DNA of 60,874 nucleotides. Source: a virus. A model generated the notes under the pieces. The model was not told where the DNA came from and did not search any database. It was given only the letters and a program-made list of their open reading frames with translations. Positions 27,986 to 37,278 of the stretch are shown in pieces; within the stretch, counting starts at the first letter, position 1; each line of letters begins with the position of its first letter. Position numbers and translations under genes: made by a program. The stretch lies in the IMG/VR virus record IMGVR_UViG_3300045988_147447. One strand, written 5' to 3'.

Positions 27986-29254
27986 TTAATGTCCAAATAT
28001 TCCTGAAACGTCTTTGGGTTTCATAATTCTACCGAGAAGTTCTCCCAGCACATAGTAGCGTGCAGCATCTATGCCATGATTATCATGGTCTTCAGGTTTG
28101 TTGATGTAGTTTCCATCCTTATCTTTTGCCCAGACATAATTTCTGAACTCCCTTTGCAGGTTATAAGAACGCTTGGTAATGAATATTTCCATTCCCTGCA
28201 TCTTGTCAATACCGGCATTGACAGAACCTTGCCCTTTCTCTACCGCGTATATTTTAATCCCTCCGTTATGAATCTCCTGGATGAGTCGCGGGTCCGCACT
28301 GTCGGCAATCACTCTCAAATTCCACGGGCGTAGCGTCTTTATAATATCCCCAGAAAGTAATCCAGTTCTATAATCCACTTCATCCAGATAAAGCGCATTG
28401 TCAATGATTCCACACCGGATAGAAGCCGATGGGTCATTGGTATAACCAAAGTCCTGTCCAATAGCCACTTTCTTGCACCACATGGGGAACTCGTCCACAA
28501 TACCCCATTTCTTGAACACGGCACCTTCGGCCACGTCCGCCCATCGACCGATAACCACATGAGCGTACTTCTCCGGATTCTTCTCTTTCATTTCCTTGAC
28601 TTCTCTCAGGAACTCAGGAGAAAGGTTCTCTATATTGTCGAAGTAAGTCGTATGGATATGAAGTACATTCGGATGGGTGGAAATCTGTACCTGGACGCCG
28701 TCAATCTCCACCAGCCGGTGAGTATTCTCGATGTATTTCTTGTAGATGAAGTGATTGGAGTCACAGGGATTCATGATGATGATAATCCGGTTCTGGATTC
28801 CCTTTTTACGGATGGAGAGCATAATCTTGTCAAACTCGTCCTCACTGGTCCATTCCTCTGCTTCATCACAGACAAAGGTGGTGATACCCTGAATTGATTT
28901 CAACTTGGCCGTCTGGTTCCCTGAAGAGGTTTTGATACCACGGAACATGATACGGCTGCCGGTCATCCGGTTTACTATATCGGTTTTGGTGGTCTTGAAA
29001 TACTTCGTGGTTCCATCCAAATCTATCTTTTCCATCATTTCAGGAATAATAGACATCCCGGCAGATACCATCGTGTAACGGGTATAAAGAATCTGGTGGA
29101 CTATCTTCTCTGTGGGAGTCATCTCGAACGTCAGCCGCTCTATGAAGGTAGAAGCGTTGAAAGACTTTCCCGATCCACGGCCACCGGTAATGAGAATGAT
29201 AAACTTCTCGCTATCGGTATATAACGGATGATATATCGCTTGGGGTACAATCAT
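27986..29254 (-). CDS. terL: terminase large subunit
   Basis: Walker A ILITGGRGSGKS, Walker B TTFVCDEAEEW, and a C-terminal nuclease-like region. 422 aa. Confidence 0.9.
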   Translation of the reverse strand: MIVPQAIYHPLYTDSEKFIILITGGRGSGKSFNASTFIERLTFEMTPTEKIVHQILYTRYTMVSAGMSIIPEMMEKIDLDGTTKYFKTTKTDIVNRMTGSRIMFRGIKTSSGNQTAKLKSIQGITTFVCDEAEEWTSEDEFDKIMLSIRKKGIQNRIIIIMNPCDSNHFIYKKYIENTHRLVEIDGVQVQISTHPNVLHIHTTYFDNIENLSPEFLREVKEMKEKNPEKYAHVVIGRWADVAEGAVFKKWGIVDEFPMWCKKVAIGQDFGYTNDPSASIRCGIIDNALYLDEVDYRTGLLSGDIIKTLRPWNLRVIADSADPRLIQEIHNGGIKIYAVEKGQGSVNAGIDKMQGMEIFITKRSYNLQREFRNYVWAKDKDGNYINKPEDHDNHGIDAARYYVLGELLGRIMKPKDVSGIFGH

Positions 29255-29655
29255 TTCAGCTTGTCTTTAATCCATGAGTCGATAGAAATTCCGTGGTCAA
29301 TATCCTTTGGAATGTCTGCGTCTTCGTCTTCTCGGTCTCCAAAACCTTCTTTTCTTCCTAATGTGGAAAGTAAATAGCGAATCATATACCCATCTGGACG
29401 TTCACGCCATCCGATAAAGTTCCCATTTTCATCTTTCTCAGGGATACCAAGCGCAAGTACACGTGCAGATACAAGGCATTCATCTACCAGAGAACCTCTT
29501 TCGTCGGTGATAGCATCTTTGAACTGGCTGTCTGCTCTGGCCCAATCATACACGGTTTTTCGGGTTACATTGAATACAGCAGCAACCTTAGAGAGATTTC
29601 CACCTGTTTTATGAAGGACCTCTCTGAATTTCGATATGTCTGGCTTCTTTCCCAT
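29251..29655 (-). CDS. terS: terminase small subunit (HTH)
   Basis: 134 aa. HTH reads GGNLSKVAAVFNVTRKTVYDWAR. Overlaps the terL start by 4 nt. Confidence 0.65.
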   Translation of the reverse strand: MGKKPDISKFREVLHKTGGNLSKVAAVFNVTRKTVYDWARADSQFKDAITDERGSLVDECLVSARVLALGIPEKDENGNFIGWRERPDGYMIRYLLSTLGRKEGFGDREDEDADIPKDIDHGISIDSWIKDKLK

Positions 29656-29678
29656 GCGCGCGTATCTGTTTATTTTGA

Positions 29679-30413
29679 TTACTCAATCAATTTCAAAACC
29701 TCTTCTCCTTTGGCAAATTTTTCATCCGTACTGATACCCAACAAATCACAAAAATCTGATTTTGTCTCAAAAGAAGAAAATGAAAGTATTATATAAGCAT
29801 CTTCATCCTGCCTGTGCTGAAATGCAGATTCTTTTACTTGTTGCTTTACCGCTTTCATGTGTTCTTTCTTCTCTTCATATGGCAGTGCAGCATCTTCAGG
29901 AATAGGATTTTTTATACCATCGAAGTCTGTTGGCAATAACAAGTCATCTAATGACTCTGATAAGGAATTGGCATCAACTTCACTTATCGCAAGTATATCA
30001 TTCAACTCATCAGGACTCAACCCGACTTCGGAATAGTCTATATCAGGCAAATAACTCGCGAGCAAATCTAAATCAGGCTTGGTGTTTCCTACTGCCATAT
30101 AAGTAAGCTGTTCCTTTTCTTTTTTTTCGTCAAGGTTCACAACCTCCACTTTTACCTTATAGTCTGTATCAGAAGTACCATCGTATTTGTAATACATATC
30201 CATAGCCTTGATACGCCTGTGCCCATCTATTAGGTTTCCGCTTAATTCATTCCATACAATACCACCAAGAAAACCGACTTTTTGCAGGTTTTTCTTTTGC
30301 AGTCTAATACGTTCATCCGAATGCCTCTTAGGGTTTATCGGATTCAGATTTATCTGCGAACGTTTTATTATTCTTGTCTCACTTTGTTTCAGTTCCTTCA
30401 TAATCATGCTCAA
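29679..30413 (-). CDS. ParB/Srx-like N-terminal domain protein (IbrB-like)
   Basis: GGIVWNELSGNLIDGHRRIKAM is a ParB-type DGHxR box. Paired with a PAPS-reductase-like gene. Confidence 0.65.
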   Translation of the reverse strand: MSMIMKELKQSETRIIKRSQINLNPINPKRHSDERIRLQKKNLQKVGFLGGIVWNELSGNLIDGHRRIKAMDMYYKYDGTSDTDYKVKVEVVNLDEKKEKEQLTYMAVGNTKPDLDLLASYLPDIDYSEVGLSPDELNDILAISEVDANSLSESLDDLLLPTDFDGIKNPIPEDAALPYEEKKEHMKAVKQQVKESAFQHRQDEDAYIILSFSSFETKSDFCDLLGISTDEKFAKGEEVLKLIE

Positions 30414-31065
30414 ACAACAATCGTTCTACCATAGGGTATTCCTCTATAACCTTTTTCAAGTCTGCCGGGAAATTACTTCTGAGCCACAAAAGATAGTTCA
30501 TATCGCTTATATTCGTTCCTGCCGACTGGCTGTTACCGTATTTCTCCGGCTTTATAAGACTTTTCTTTTCGATATAGTTCAGAATATCAACATTTTTGTA
30601 AGCTGATAGGGGATAACATTTCTTTTGCGCTTCATTGATAGCTTCATCTTTGTACGTCCTTAGCATCAACCGTCTGTTCATTGAGTCGGATTGTTTGAAC
30701 CCGAAAAATGCCCAGTCTATATGATATTTTTCTCTGACTATCTCTGTAAGCTGCGCCATACTGTACTGCCTCTGCTTTTCGTTCTTTATACAACCCATGT
30801 AACCACTCTTACGATATGAATATACCGCAAAGTGAGGCACTTGTATGAACTTCACATTACCATATTTCTTGCAGGTGTAGTTGATGTATCTGTTAATATG
30901 CTGCAAGTCCTTGACTACATACATGTAAACACATACTATCTCTTTGAAATAGGGGTGCATAAGATCTAAAAGGGCTATACTGTCCTTACCCGATGCTGAG
31001 TGAAACAATATAACCCTATCTGTCAGCTCTGAGACTTGTTTAATTATGCTTATAGCCTTCTTCAT
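30379..31065 (-). CDS. PAPS-reductase-family PP-loop protein (IbrA/DndC-like)
   Basis: PP-loop FHSASGKDSIALLDL. 228 aa. Overlaps the ParB-like gene. Confidence 0.65.
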   Translation of the reverse strand: MKKAISIIKQVSELTDRVILFHSASGKDSIALLDLMHPYFKEIVCVYMYVVKDLQHINRYINYTCKKYGNVKFIQVPHFAVYSYRKSGYMGCIKNEKQRQYSMAQLTEIVREKYHIDWAFFGFKQSDSMNRRLMLRTYKDEAINEAQKKCYPLSAYKNVDILNYIEKKSLIKPEKYGNSQSAGTNISDMNYLLWLRSNFPADLKKVIEEYPMVERLLFEHDYEGTETK

Positions 31066-31234
31066 GATTAAACAACTCTACCGCCAACTGCTCTGTTGAT
31101 TCTCGCTCTCTGAGCAGCGTTTGTGCCCATTGATTGAAAACGTCCAGCTTCATAGTCCGCTCTTGTTCGGTACTTCTTACCATCCGAGCCTGTTGCGTAA
31201 ACTTCTGGCATAATCCTGAATTTAAATTAAACAA
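31040..31234 (-). CDS. hypothetical small protein
   Basis: 64-aa ORF in the array. It overlaps the downstream start by 26 nt, so the exact start is uncertain. Confidence 0.35.
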   Translation of the reverse strand: MFNLNSGLCQKFTQQARMVRSTEQERTMKLDVFNQWAQTLLRERESTEQLAVELFNHEEGYKHN

Positions 31235-31278
31235 TCTTTTTACCTATATGCAGACAAAGCCGCATAAAGCGGCTTGAC

Positions 31279-31734
31279 TTATTTTAATCCTTCATGGTTA
31301 ATCACTTCACTAATATGCAGGTAATAAAACAATGGAATTTCTTCTGGTGGATTTTTCTTGAACTCTTCTAACTGTTCGTCGAAATCGTGAAAATCAAATT
31401 CTTCGTGCATGAACTTTATGCCCTCTTCAGTAACCTCACCAATGCCGATTTCATCTATCGCCACATCAAGAAACCATGGGGCGCCTGTGCTATAAAAATG
31501 AATTGCTTCTATATCAGTACGCAGAATAGGCTGGCACTCATTTTCACGTCCTTCTTTTCTTAATCTCTCGTTTTCTTCAAGTTGCTTGAAATTTGTAAAC
31601 ATCTTTTCGTATTTAGAACTTAGCTTACGAGCTTCTATAACTTTCTTGCCATTGAGAATATCCAAAGCATTAGCCTTCGTCATTATCAGCGAGTAGGCTT
31701 CTACTTCTTGGCCATTATATTTGATTGTTTTCAT
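31279..31734 (-). CDS. hypothetical protein (possibly ASCH-like)
   Basis: 151 aa. ALDILNGKKVIEARK resembles the ASCH N-terminal strand motif. Weak call. Confidence 0.4.
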   Translation of the reverse strand: MKTIKYNGQEVEAYSLIMTKANALDILNGKKVIEARKLSSKYEKMFTNFKQLEENERLRKEGRENECQPILRTDIEAIHFYSTGAPWFLDVAIDEIGIGEVTEEGIKFMHEEFDFHDFDEQLEEFKKNPPEEIPLFYYLHISEVINHEGLK

Positions 31735-31873
31735 TTGATTATTAATATTTTACTATTCAAAAATAGTATATACTTACCTCAAAACAGAATAAATTGCTAG
31801 TACATACGAAACAATATGCCAATTGTTTCATTTTATACACACGCCAACTTAATGACGTGTGTATGAACGGTTT

Positions 31874-33022
31874 TTAAGCTGCCGATTTACTGTTTACTAA
31901 ATCAAGTATAAACTTTCTACCAAGTTGCGTCCAACACAAGTATTGCTTTGCAACCTGCATACCAGTGGTATCACTTGTATAGGTGTGTGTCCTGTACTTG
32001 TCATAACCTAATCCCCTGTATTTGGCATAAAGCATGTAAACCCCATTCTGGTTGTACAATACGCCTAAATCTTTTAATATCTTGTACAGCTTTTTGGCAC
32101 TCATGCCAAGTTCGTTGGCTATGATATTTGTTGTTATCAATCCTTCGCTTTGAAGGACATTGTCGAAGTAGGCAGCTTTTGGCGCCATCAGTCTGTTCTG
32201 TTCTTCTACCAGATTCTTTTCGGTTTCAAGTACAGATATTCGTTCTTTCTGCCTTTCGATGGTTGAGTTTGCTAACAGGATGGCTTTTGCCATGATTTCT
32301 TCTGGCGTATCATCCGATTTTACTGCCATATAACCGCCTTTAGTTCGGATTTCTTTCAGTATGGCTTTTACGCCTTTCTTGAACTGTTTGGCTATCGGTT
32401 TGCGGCTTTGCATCAGGACTTCATATAAACCGTTCTCTGTGAGCATCCAGACTTGACGGTTCTGACCTGATACGAAAATTGTTCGTACCAGCTTTTCATC
32501 TTCATCAACAGTACCAACCATACGAGATACATCATATTTATCTTGTGATGTTTTTGCATATTCAATCCATTCAGCTACATCTTTAGCAAGAAACAACGGA
32601 TTCTCTGCACTGCCATAAACGGTTAGTTCTTTACCCAACAAGGTAGTTTTCTGTAAAACCTGTATTTCATTCATATTATTTGAATTTAAATTACCAATCT
32701 GATTCTTTACACACTCTGTCAATTCTCTATTATTTGCGAAATACATCAAGGCTATGCCGATTTCTAGATACTGGCCAAAATACATGATTTCTCTTAGTTT
32801 CAATCCGTTTTCGGCTGCATACGTTTTTATTTGCGACATGTTCTTTGATTTCCATTTGCTTATGCTTATCCCGACATCAGAATTAAGCCCCTTGCAAGAA
32901 ATATATATCCTGCCATTGTAGGTACAATAAGAAATTTGCTTATCTTTGTACCGTATGAATTGGGATTCATTTATGGTTTCTTTGTTCATACGCTGTAAAA
33001 CCTGAATTAAACATATCCTCAT
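31874..33022 (-). CDS. antirepressor (Bro-N plus KilA-C type)
   Basis: The middle region NPLFLAKDVAEWIEY is Bro-N-like. The C-terminus TTNIIANELGMSAKKLYKILKDLGVLY is KilA-C/Ant-like. Confidence 0.65.
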   Translation of the reverse strand: MRICLIQVLQRMNKETINESQFIRYKDKQISYCTYNGRIYISCKGLNSDVGISISKWKSKNMSQIKTYAAENGLKLREIMYFGQYLEIGIALMYFANNRELTECVKNQIGNLNSNNMNEIQVLQKTTLLGKELTVYGSAENPLFLAKDVAEWIEYAKTSQDKYDVSRMVGTVDEDEKLVRTIFVSGQNRQVWMLTENGLYEVLMQSRKPIAKQFKKGVKAILKEIRTKGGYMAVKSDDTPEEIMAKAILLANSTIERQKERISVLETEKNLVEEQNRLMAPKAAYFDNVLQSEGLITTNIIANELGMSAKKLYKILKDLGVLYNQNGVYMLYAKYRGLGYDKYRTHTYTSDTTGMQVAKQYLCWTQLGRKFILDLVNSKSAA

Positions 33023-33066
33023 TGATGGCCGGTCAATTCATCAATGAGGATTTTATTTTGACCGTA

Positions 33067-33122
33067 GTAGCAAGCTGGGATTCGAACCCATGCACACCTG
33101 AATGCCTTGCCTTGACCTGCCA
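33067..33122 (-). ncRNA. tRNA-like minihelix fragment (acceptor plus T-arm only)
   Basis: On the minus strand: TGGCAGG ... TGGG-TTCGAAT-CCCA-G-CTTGCTA-C. The acceptor pairs with 2 G-U pairs. No D or anticodon arm is present. Confidence 0.3.
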
Positions 33123-33334
33123 CGCTTGACATATAAAAAAGGCAAATCTTAAAAGAGGTCTGATGTGGCAGTTTACCCCTTGAAAGAAATGCCTTGAATA
33201 TCTTTGCAGCGCAACTGCCACGAAGCGCATTTCATTCTATGGCAAAATTACCAACCGCCAAATGTTTATCCTAAAAATTGCCGTAATCAGAACAAACATT
33301 TGGCTGATTGTTTCAAAATAATCGTGTGAGGGAT

Positions 33335-33670
33335 TTACATTGCAGTTTTCATCATGTTTGGATTAAAGCCTTGCATAAGATTACCTTCGCAGTCAAAAAA
33401 GGTGTCTTCTCGTAGCAGACTACCAATAAGTTCATTTGCAAGCCTAAATATCGGGTAAACTTCATCATTAGAGTCTATCATGCCATCTTTACAACATTTC
33501 TTTTCACTCAGAGAACGCAACAGCCAAAGTGTTTTCATGTAATACTGGTATTTTTCGGGGTTGTTGAACATTCGTTTTAATAACATAATGTTTGATTCAG
33601 TTATTACTGTTTCTTGTTTGTTAGTAAATGTTATCTTGTGCAATTCAGGATTAAAGTCTATAATTCTCAT
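33335..33670 (-). CDS. hypothetical protein
   Basis: 111-aa ORF in the array. Confidence 0.5.
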   Translation of the reverse strand: MRIIDFNPELHKITFTNKQETVITESNIMLLKRMFNNPEKYQYYMKTLWLLRSLSEKKCCKDGMIDSNDEVYPIFRLANELIGSLLREDTFFDCEGNLMQGFNPNMMKTAM

Positions 33671-33696
33671 AAGTCATATTCTTTTAAATATTAATA

Positions 33697-34023
33697 CTAA
33701 GCTATCTTTATAAGGTTGCATTTTTTGAAACAACGCCATTCTTCTTTTTCACAATCGAAATACACCTGGCAGTTATCTGCTGTTTTCTTTGTACCCTTTT
33801 TTTCTGGTATTCTACTACTCATTAAAGTACCGAAAGCCTGACGTAGCGTGCCGTCTGTTTTCTTGAAATAGAACTCAACCACCTTCTTATGAAGCAATGC
33901 ACGAAGTTTGATATTAGTCCACGCACATTTCAACGCCTCACTCATAGAATAACCGTTCTTGCGTACAAATGACCAAGCAAGACTCATAATCTCTTTTAAT
34001 TGATTTCTCTTTTCTATTGCCAT
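33697..34023 (-). CDS. small SH3-barrel-type protein (DUF2693/WYL_2-like), paralog of 57551..57874
   Basis: About 50 percent identical by eye to the 107-aa protein at 57551..57874 (IMSLAW..V.KNG.SMSEA.KCAW.N.KL...F.FKK.DG..R.A.GTL...VYFD.E..E.RCFKK.NL). Confidence 0.6.
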   Translation of the reverse strand: MAIEKRNQLKEIMSLAWSFVRKNGYSMSEALKCAWTNIKLRALLHKKVVEFYFKKTDGTLRQAFGTLMSSRIPEKKGTKKTADNCQVYFDCEKEEWRCFKKCNLIKIA

Positions 34024-34080
34024 AGTTCTTTATATTTTATTAATTATACTACTTCGTTTTATTTGATACTGCAAAGTAAG

Positions 34081-34212
34081 ACTATATAGTTTAATTATGC
34101 AATAGTTACATAGATAATTTATGTTAAATATAAAACTATATAGATTTATTTTTCACGTTTCATTGTATTATATAGTATAAACACCTATATTTGTGCAATA
34201 AAACTATGTAGT
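34081..34212. promoter_or_regulatory. divergent control region with four copies of the palindrome ACTATATAGT
   Basis: 34081-34090 is perfect. 34135-34144, 34167-34176 and 34203-34212 have 1 mismatch each. The last copy abuts the ATG of the HTH gene. Confidence 0.55.
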
Positions 34213-34215
34213 ATT

Positions 34216-34509
34216 ATGGATTTTAGAACAAGGATAAAAGAACTTTGCCAGTCTAAGGGTCTTACTCAAAAAGATTTGGCTGATAAGATGGGTATATCTG
34301 ATATTAGTCTTAATAAGACATTAAGAGGTGATTATCCGCAATTACAATCTTTAGAACGTATTGCAAATGCTTTAGATGTAGACATTTCGGAACTATTTGT
34401 GAGAAATACACCTGATTCAGAAGTAAACGGTTATGTTAAAGTGAAAGGAACTCTTTATGAAGTTCACTCTTTTGAGGATTTAAGGAAGTTATTAGAAATG
34501 GATGTTTAA
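34216..34509 (+). CDS. XRE-family HTH regulator
   Basis: RIKELCQSKGLTQKDLADKMGISDISLNKTLRG is a classic Cro/CI HTH. 97 aa with no peptidase domain. Confidence 0.8.
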   Translation: MDFRTRIKELCQSKGLTQKDLADKMGISDISLNKTLRGDYPQLQSLERIANALDVDISELFVRNTPDSEVNGYVKVKGTLYEVHSFEDLRKLLEMDV

Positions 34510-34528
34510 TCAATAAAACCAAAGTAAA

Positions 34529-35374
34529 ATGAAGAAAATGTTATTTATACTGCCTATACTAGTGGCTTTGTTTTTTGTAGGGTGCAGTAGCGATGGTGAT
34601 GGAGAGCCCGGAGGAAATAGTGGAAATAAAGTTCTGTCTGAAATTGTAATAAACGAACACGAAAAGAAATTTGGCGAGATAAATGAATATGGAGAACTAT
34701 ACGAACAGTATATCTATAATCCAGACGGAACATTGCAAGAAAAAACCACCAATTACTATAATGCTTTATTGGATGATAGGATTGATTACAATTACAAATA
34801 TGAATACGACGACAAAAAGCGTGTAGTGGAAATGAACGAATATACGTTTACTTTGTTTGAAAAAAAACGTAAATATGAATATAACAACATTGATTCCGTG
34901 TCACGCATGTTGGTATATGATGACGATGGAGACCTGAATGAAGAATGGACATACGAATATGATAGTCAAAAAAGATTGATAAAAACAGTAGAAAAAGACA
35001 TTTGGGTTAGTAAAAATTTTGGCTATATAAGCGAATATAGATACGAAGGGAATAACGCTTATATAGAAAAGACAATGCTTAATGACGGTTCTTTGTTCGG
35101 GAACTTTATCTTTGAGTACGACACACATGGAAATCTACTACAAGAAACATATATCAACGGAGATACAGGGAGAGAATCATTAGAGCAAAAATATGAATAC
35201 CAATATGACTCTTCAGGTCGTATTCAAAGAAAATCTAAAAAGGAATCATATTCAGATTCTTGGACATATTATGACTACTTTTATAATGAAGATGGTACAA
35301 TAAATAAAATTTCCGTATCATATAGTTTTAAGAATGATGAATCCGAACTAAGATATAACTATATTTGGAAATAA
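34529..35374 (+). CDS. lipoprotein with YD/RHS-like repeats
   Basis: Signal plus lipobox LFFVGC. Repeated units are YEYDDKKRVVE, YEYDSQKRLIK, FEYDTHGNLLQE and YQYDSSGRIQRK. Confidence 0.6.
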   Translation: MKKMLFILPILVALFFVGCSSDGDGEPGGNSGNKVLSEIVINEHEKKFGEINEYGELYEQYIYNPDGTLQEKTTNYYNALLDDRIDYNYKYEYDDKKRVVEMNEYTFTLFEKKRKYEYNNIDSVSRMLVYDDDGDLNEEWTYEYDSQKRLIKTVEKDIWVSKNFGYISEYRYEGNNAYIEKTMLNDGSLFGNFIFEYDTHGNLLQETYINGDTGRESLEQKYEYQYDSSGRIQRKSKKESYSDSWTYYDYFYNEDGTINKISVSYSFKNDESELRYNYIWK

Positions 35375-35489
35375 CTATTCCATTATGCTTTACAGTTTTT
35401 GGGAGCATAAAAATCTGTCACTTGATAAATTCAATGCTTTATTGTATCTTTGTAGATTAAAATAAAATTCTAGTATAATTAATACGATT

Positions 35490-36551
35490 ATGAAACTGAA
35501 AAGTCTCGAATATGTTACACCTGGATGGTCTTTAGATGGTCTCAATTTGTCAGAAACAAGTCTCATCGTAGGCCGTAATGCTGTTGGAAAATCAAAAACA
35601 ATAGAAGCCTTAAATTCTTTAGTCTCTGTTATACTCCAAACTAAAGAAATTGCTGAGCACGATAATTTTTTCTATAAAATTATTTTTTCAGACAATGATA
35701 CAGAATTGACATATTCATTTGCATGTTTTCAAGGGAATATTACCTTGGAACAGCTAATTGATCATAACGAAAACATCTTAATAGAAAGGAATGAAAACTC
35801 TACTATCTTTTTTAACGACGAAATTAACCCTCCAAGTAATAAACTTACAATCAATGTAAGACGAGATACAAAATTATATCCTCAAATTGAAAAAATAGTA
35901 AATTGGGCTGAAAATTCATATGGGATATTATTTAATCAGATTAATATGTTTCCTAATGGTACCAACCTATTTAGTACTATGTCTAAAGGAGAAAGTATTA
36001 TCCCAATGTTTGAAAAATTAAATGATGATTTGAAACTAAAGGTTCAGGAGGAACTAAATGCTTTAGATTATTCTATTGACGAAATAAAGATTGTAAAAAT
36101 TGGAGATGAGAAATCTGATATAAGAGTCTTACAGATTAATGAAAAAGATGTAAGCACATTTTTATGGGAAGGATTGTTATCTCAAGGAATGCAAAGAACA
36201 CTATACATTCTTGTTCTTTTATTCTATATTGTTTCTCAAAAAAAGAAGACACAGACAATTGTTATTGATGATTTTTGTGAGGGATTAGATTATGATAGAT
36301 CCATAAAATTAGGTAAATACCTATATAAATTCTGTTTAGAAAATAATATACAATTAATTACTACTTCAAACGATAGTTTTTTAATGGACGTTGTCGATTT
36401 GAAATATTGGAATATTTTACAACGTAAAGGCGATAAAGTTACTGCAATAAATATATATAATTCTCCTGAATTATTTGAAGATTTTGAATTTACAGGACTT
36501 AATAATTTTGATTTATTCTCATCTGATTTTATTGCACGACATAAAAAATGA
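35490..36551 (+). CDS. ABC/SMC-type (AAA_21-like) ATPase
   Basis: Walker A VGRNAVGKSKT, signature-like LSQGMQR, Walker B/D-loop TIVIDDFCEGLD. Confidence 0.7.
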   Translation: MKLKSLEYVTPGWSLDGLNLSETSLIVGRNAVGKSKTIEALNSLVSVILQTKEIAEHDNFFYKIIFSDNDTELTYSFACFQGNITLEQLIDHNENILIERNENSTIFFNDEINPPSNKLTINVRRDTKLYPQIEKIVNWAENSYGILFNQINMFPNGTNLFSTMSKGESIIPMFEKLNDDLKLKVQEELNALDYSIDEIKIVKIGDEKSDIRVLQINEKDVSTFLWEGLLSQGMQRTLYILVLLFYIVSQKKKTQTIVIDDFCEGLDYDRSIKLGKYLYKFCLENNIQLITTSNDSFLMDVVDLKYWNILQRKGDKVTAINIYNSPELFEDFEFTGLNNFDLFSSDFIARHKK

Positions 36552-37270
36552 AGAAAGTAGCAGTTTTTGTAGAAGGACAAGCTGAATTAATTTTGGTCAG
36601 AGAATTACTTCTAAAGATGTACGACTACCAAGATATAGGAATCAATTGTTATAACCTGATTTGTGATAATCTGGATGAAGCTCCTTATCAATATGGTGAT
36701 AAAATGGCTCATAACTATTATATGCTTGTAAATGTTGGTAATGACAACTCTGTATTATCTAAAATCTTTACTAGAGCAAATGGATTGCATGAAAAGGGAT
36801 TTACCAAGATTATAGGGTTAAGAGATGTATATGGGGACTTTTACAAGAAAAAAAATAGAGGCGTAAGAAATATAAACTTAGAATTAATTGAAAAATTTAG
36901 AAATTCAGCTCAAAAGGAAATAGACGCTAAAAACCTGGCTCAATATATAAAATTACATTTTGCAATAATGGAGGTTGAAGCATGGTTTTTAGGATTTAAC
37001 ATATTTGAACGTATTGATGGCACATTGTCAAATGATTTTATTAAGTCTAAGCTAAATTATGATTTGGAGAATGATGATCCAGAGATTACCTATTATCATC
37101 CAGCAAGAATTATGGGAGATATTTATGGCCTGATTGGATCAAAATATGACAAACATGAAAGTGATGTATCCTCCCTTGTGAGTTGTCTTGAAAAAGAAGA
37201 TTATAATAACTTAATAGAAAGTGTTAAATGCTCAACATTTACATCTTTCGTTCAAGAATTGCTAAATTGA
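36548..37270 (+). CDS. TOPRIM/OLD-like nuclease candidate (DUF4276/DUF4435-like)
   Basis: The N-terminus VAVFVEGQAELILVREL carries a TOPRIM-type glutamate strand. Later motifs are IIGLRDVYGD and MEVEAWFLG. ATGA overlap with the ATPase gene. Confidence 0.5.
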   Translation: MKKVAVFVEGQAELILVRELLLKMYDYQDIGINCYNLICDNLDEAPYQYGDKMAHNYYMLVNVGNDNSVLSKIFTRANGLHEKGFTKIIGLRDVYGDFYKKKNRGVRNINLELIEKFRNSAQKEIDAKNLAQYIKLHFAIMEVEAWFLGFNIFERIDGTLSNDFIKSKLNYDLENDDPEITYYHPARIMGDIYGLIGSKYDKHESDVSSLVSCLEKEDYNNLIESVKCSTFTSFVQELLN

Positions 37271-37278
37271 TAGTGAAC

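Noticed and set aside
33033-33230. 65-aa minus-strand ORF in the antirepressor-proximal gap.
   Set aside because: It has odd composition (Cys/His/Phe/Arg-rich), no ribosome-binding context, and overlaps the tRNA-like T-arm sequence. A non-coding role is more likely.
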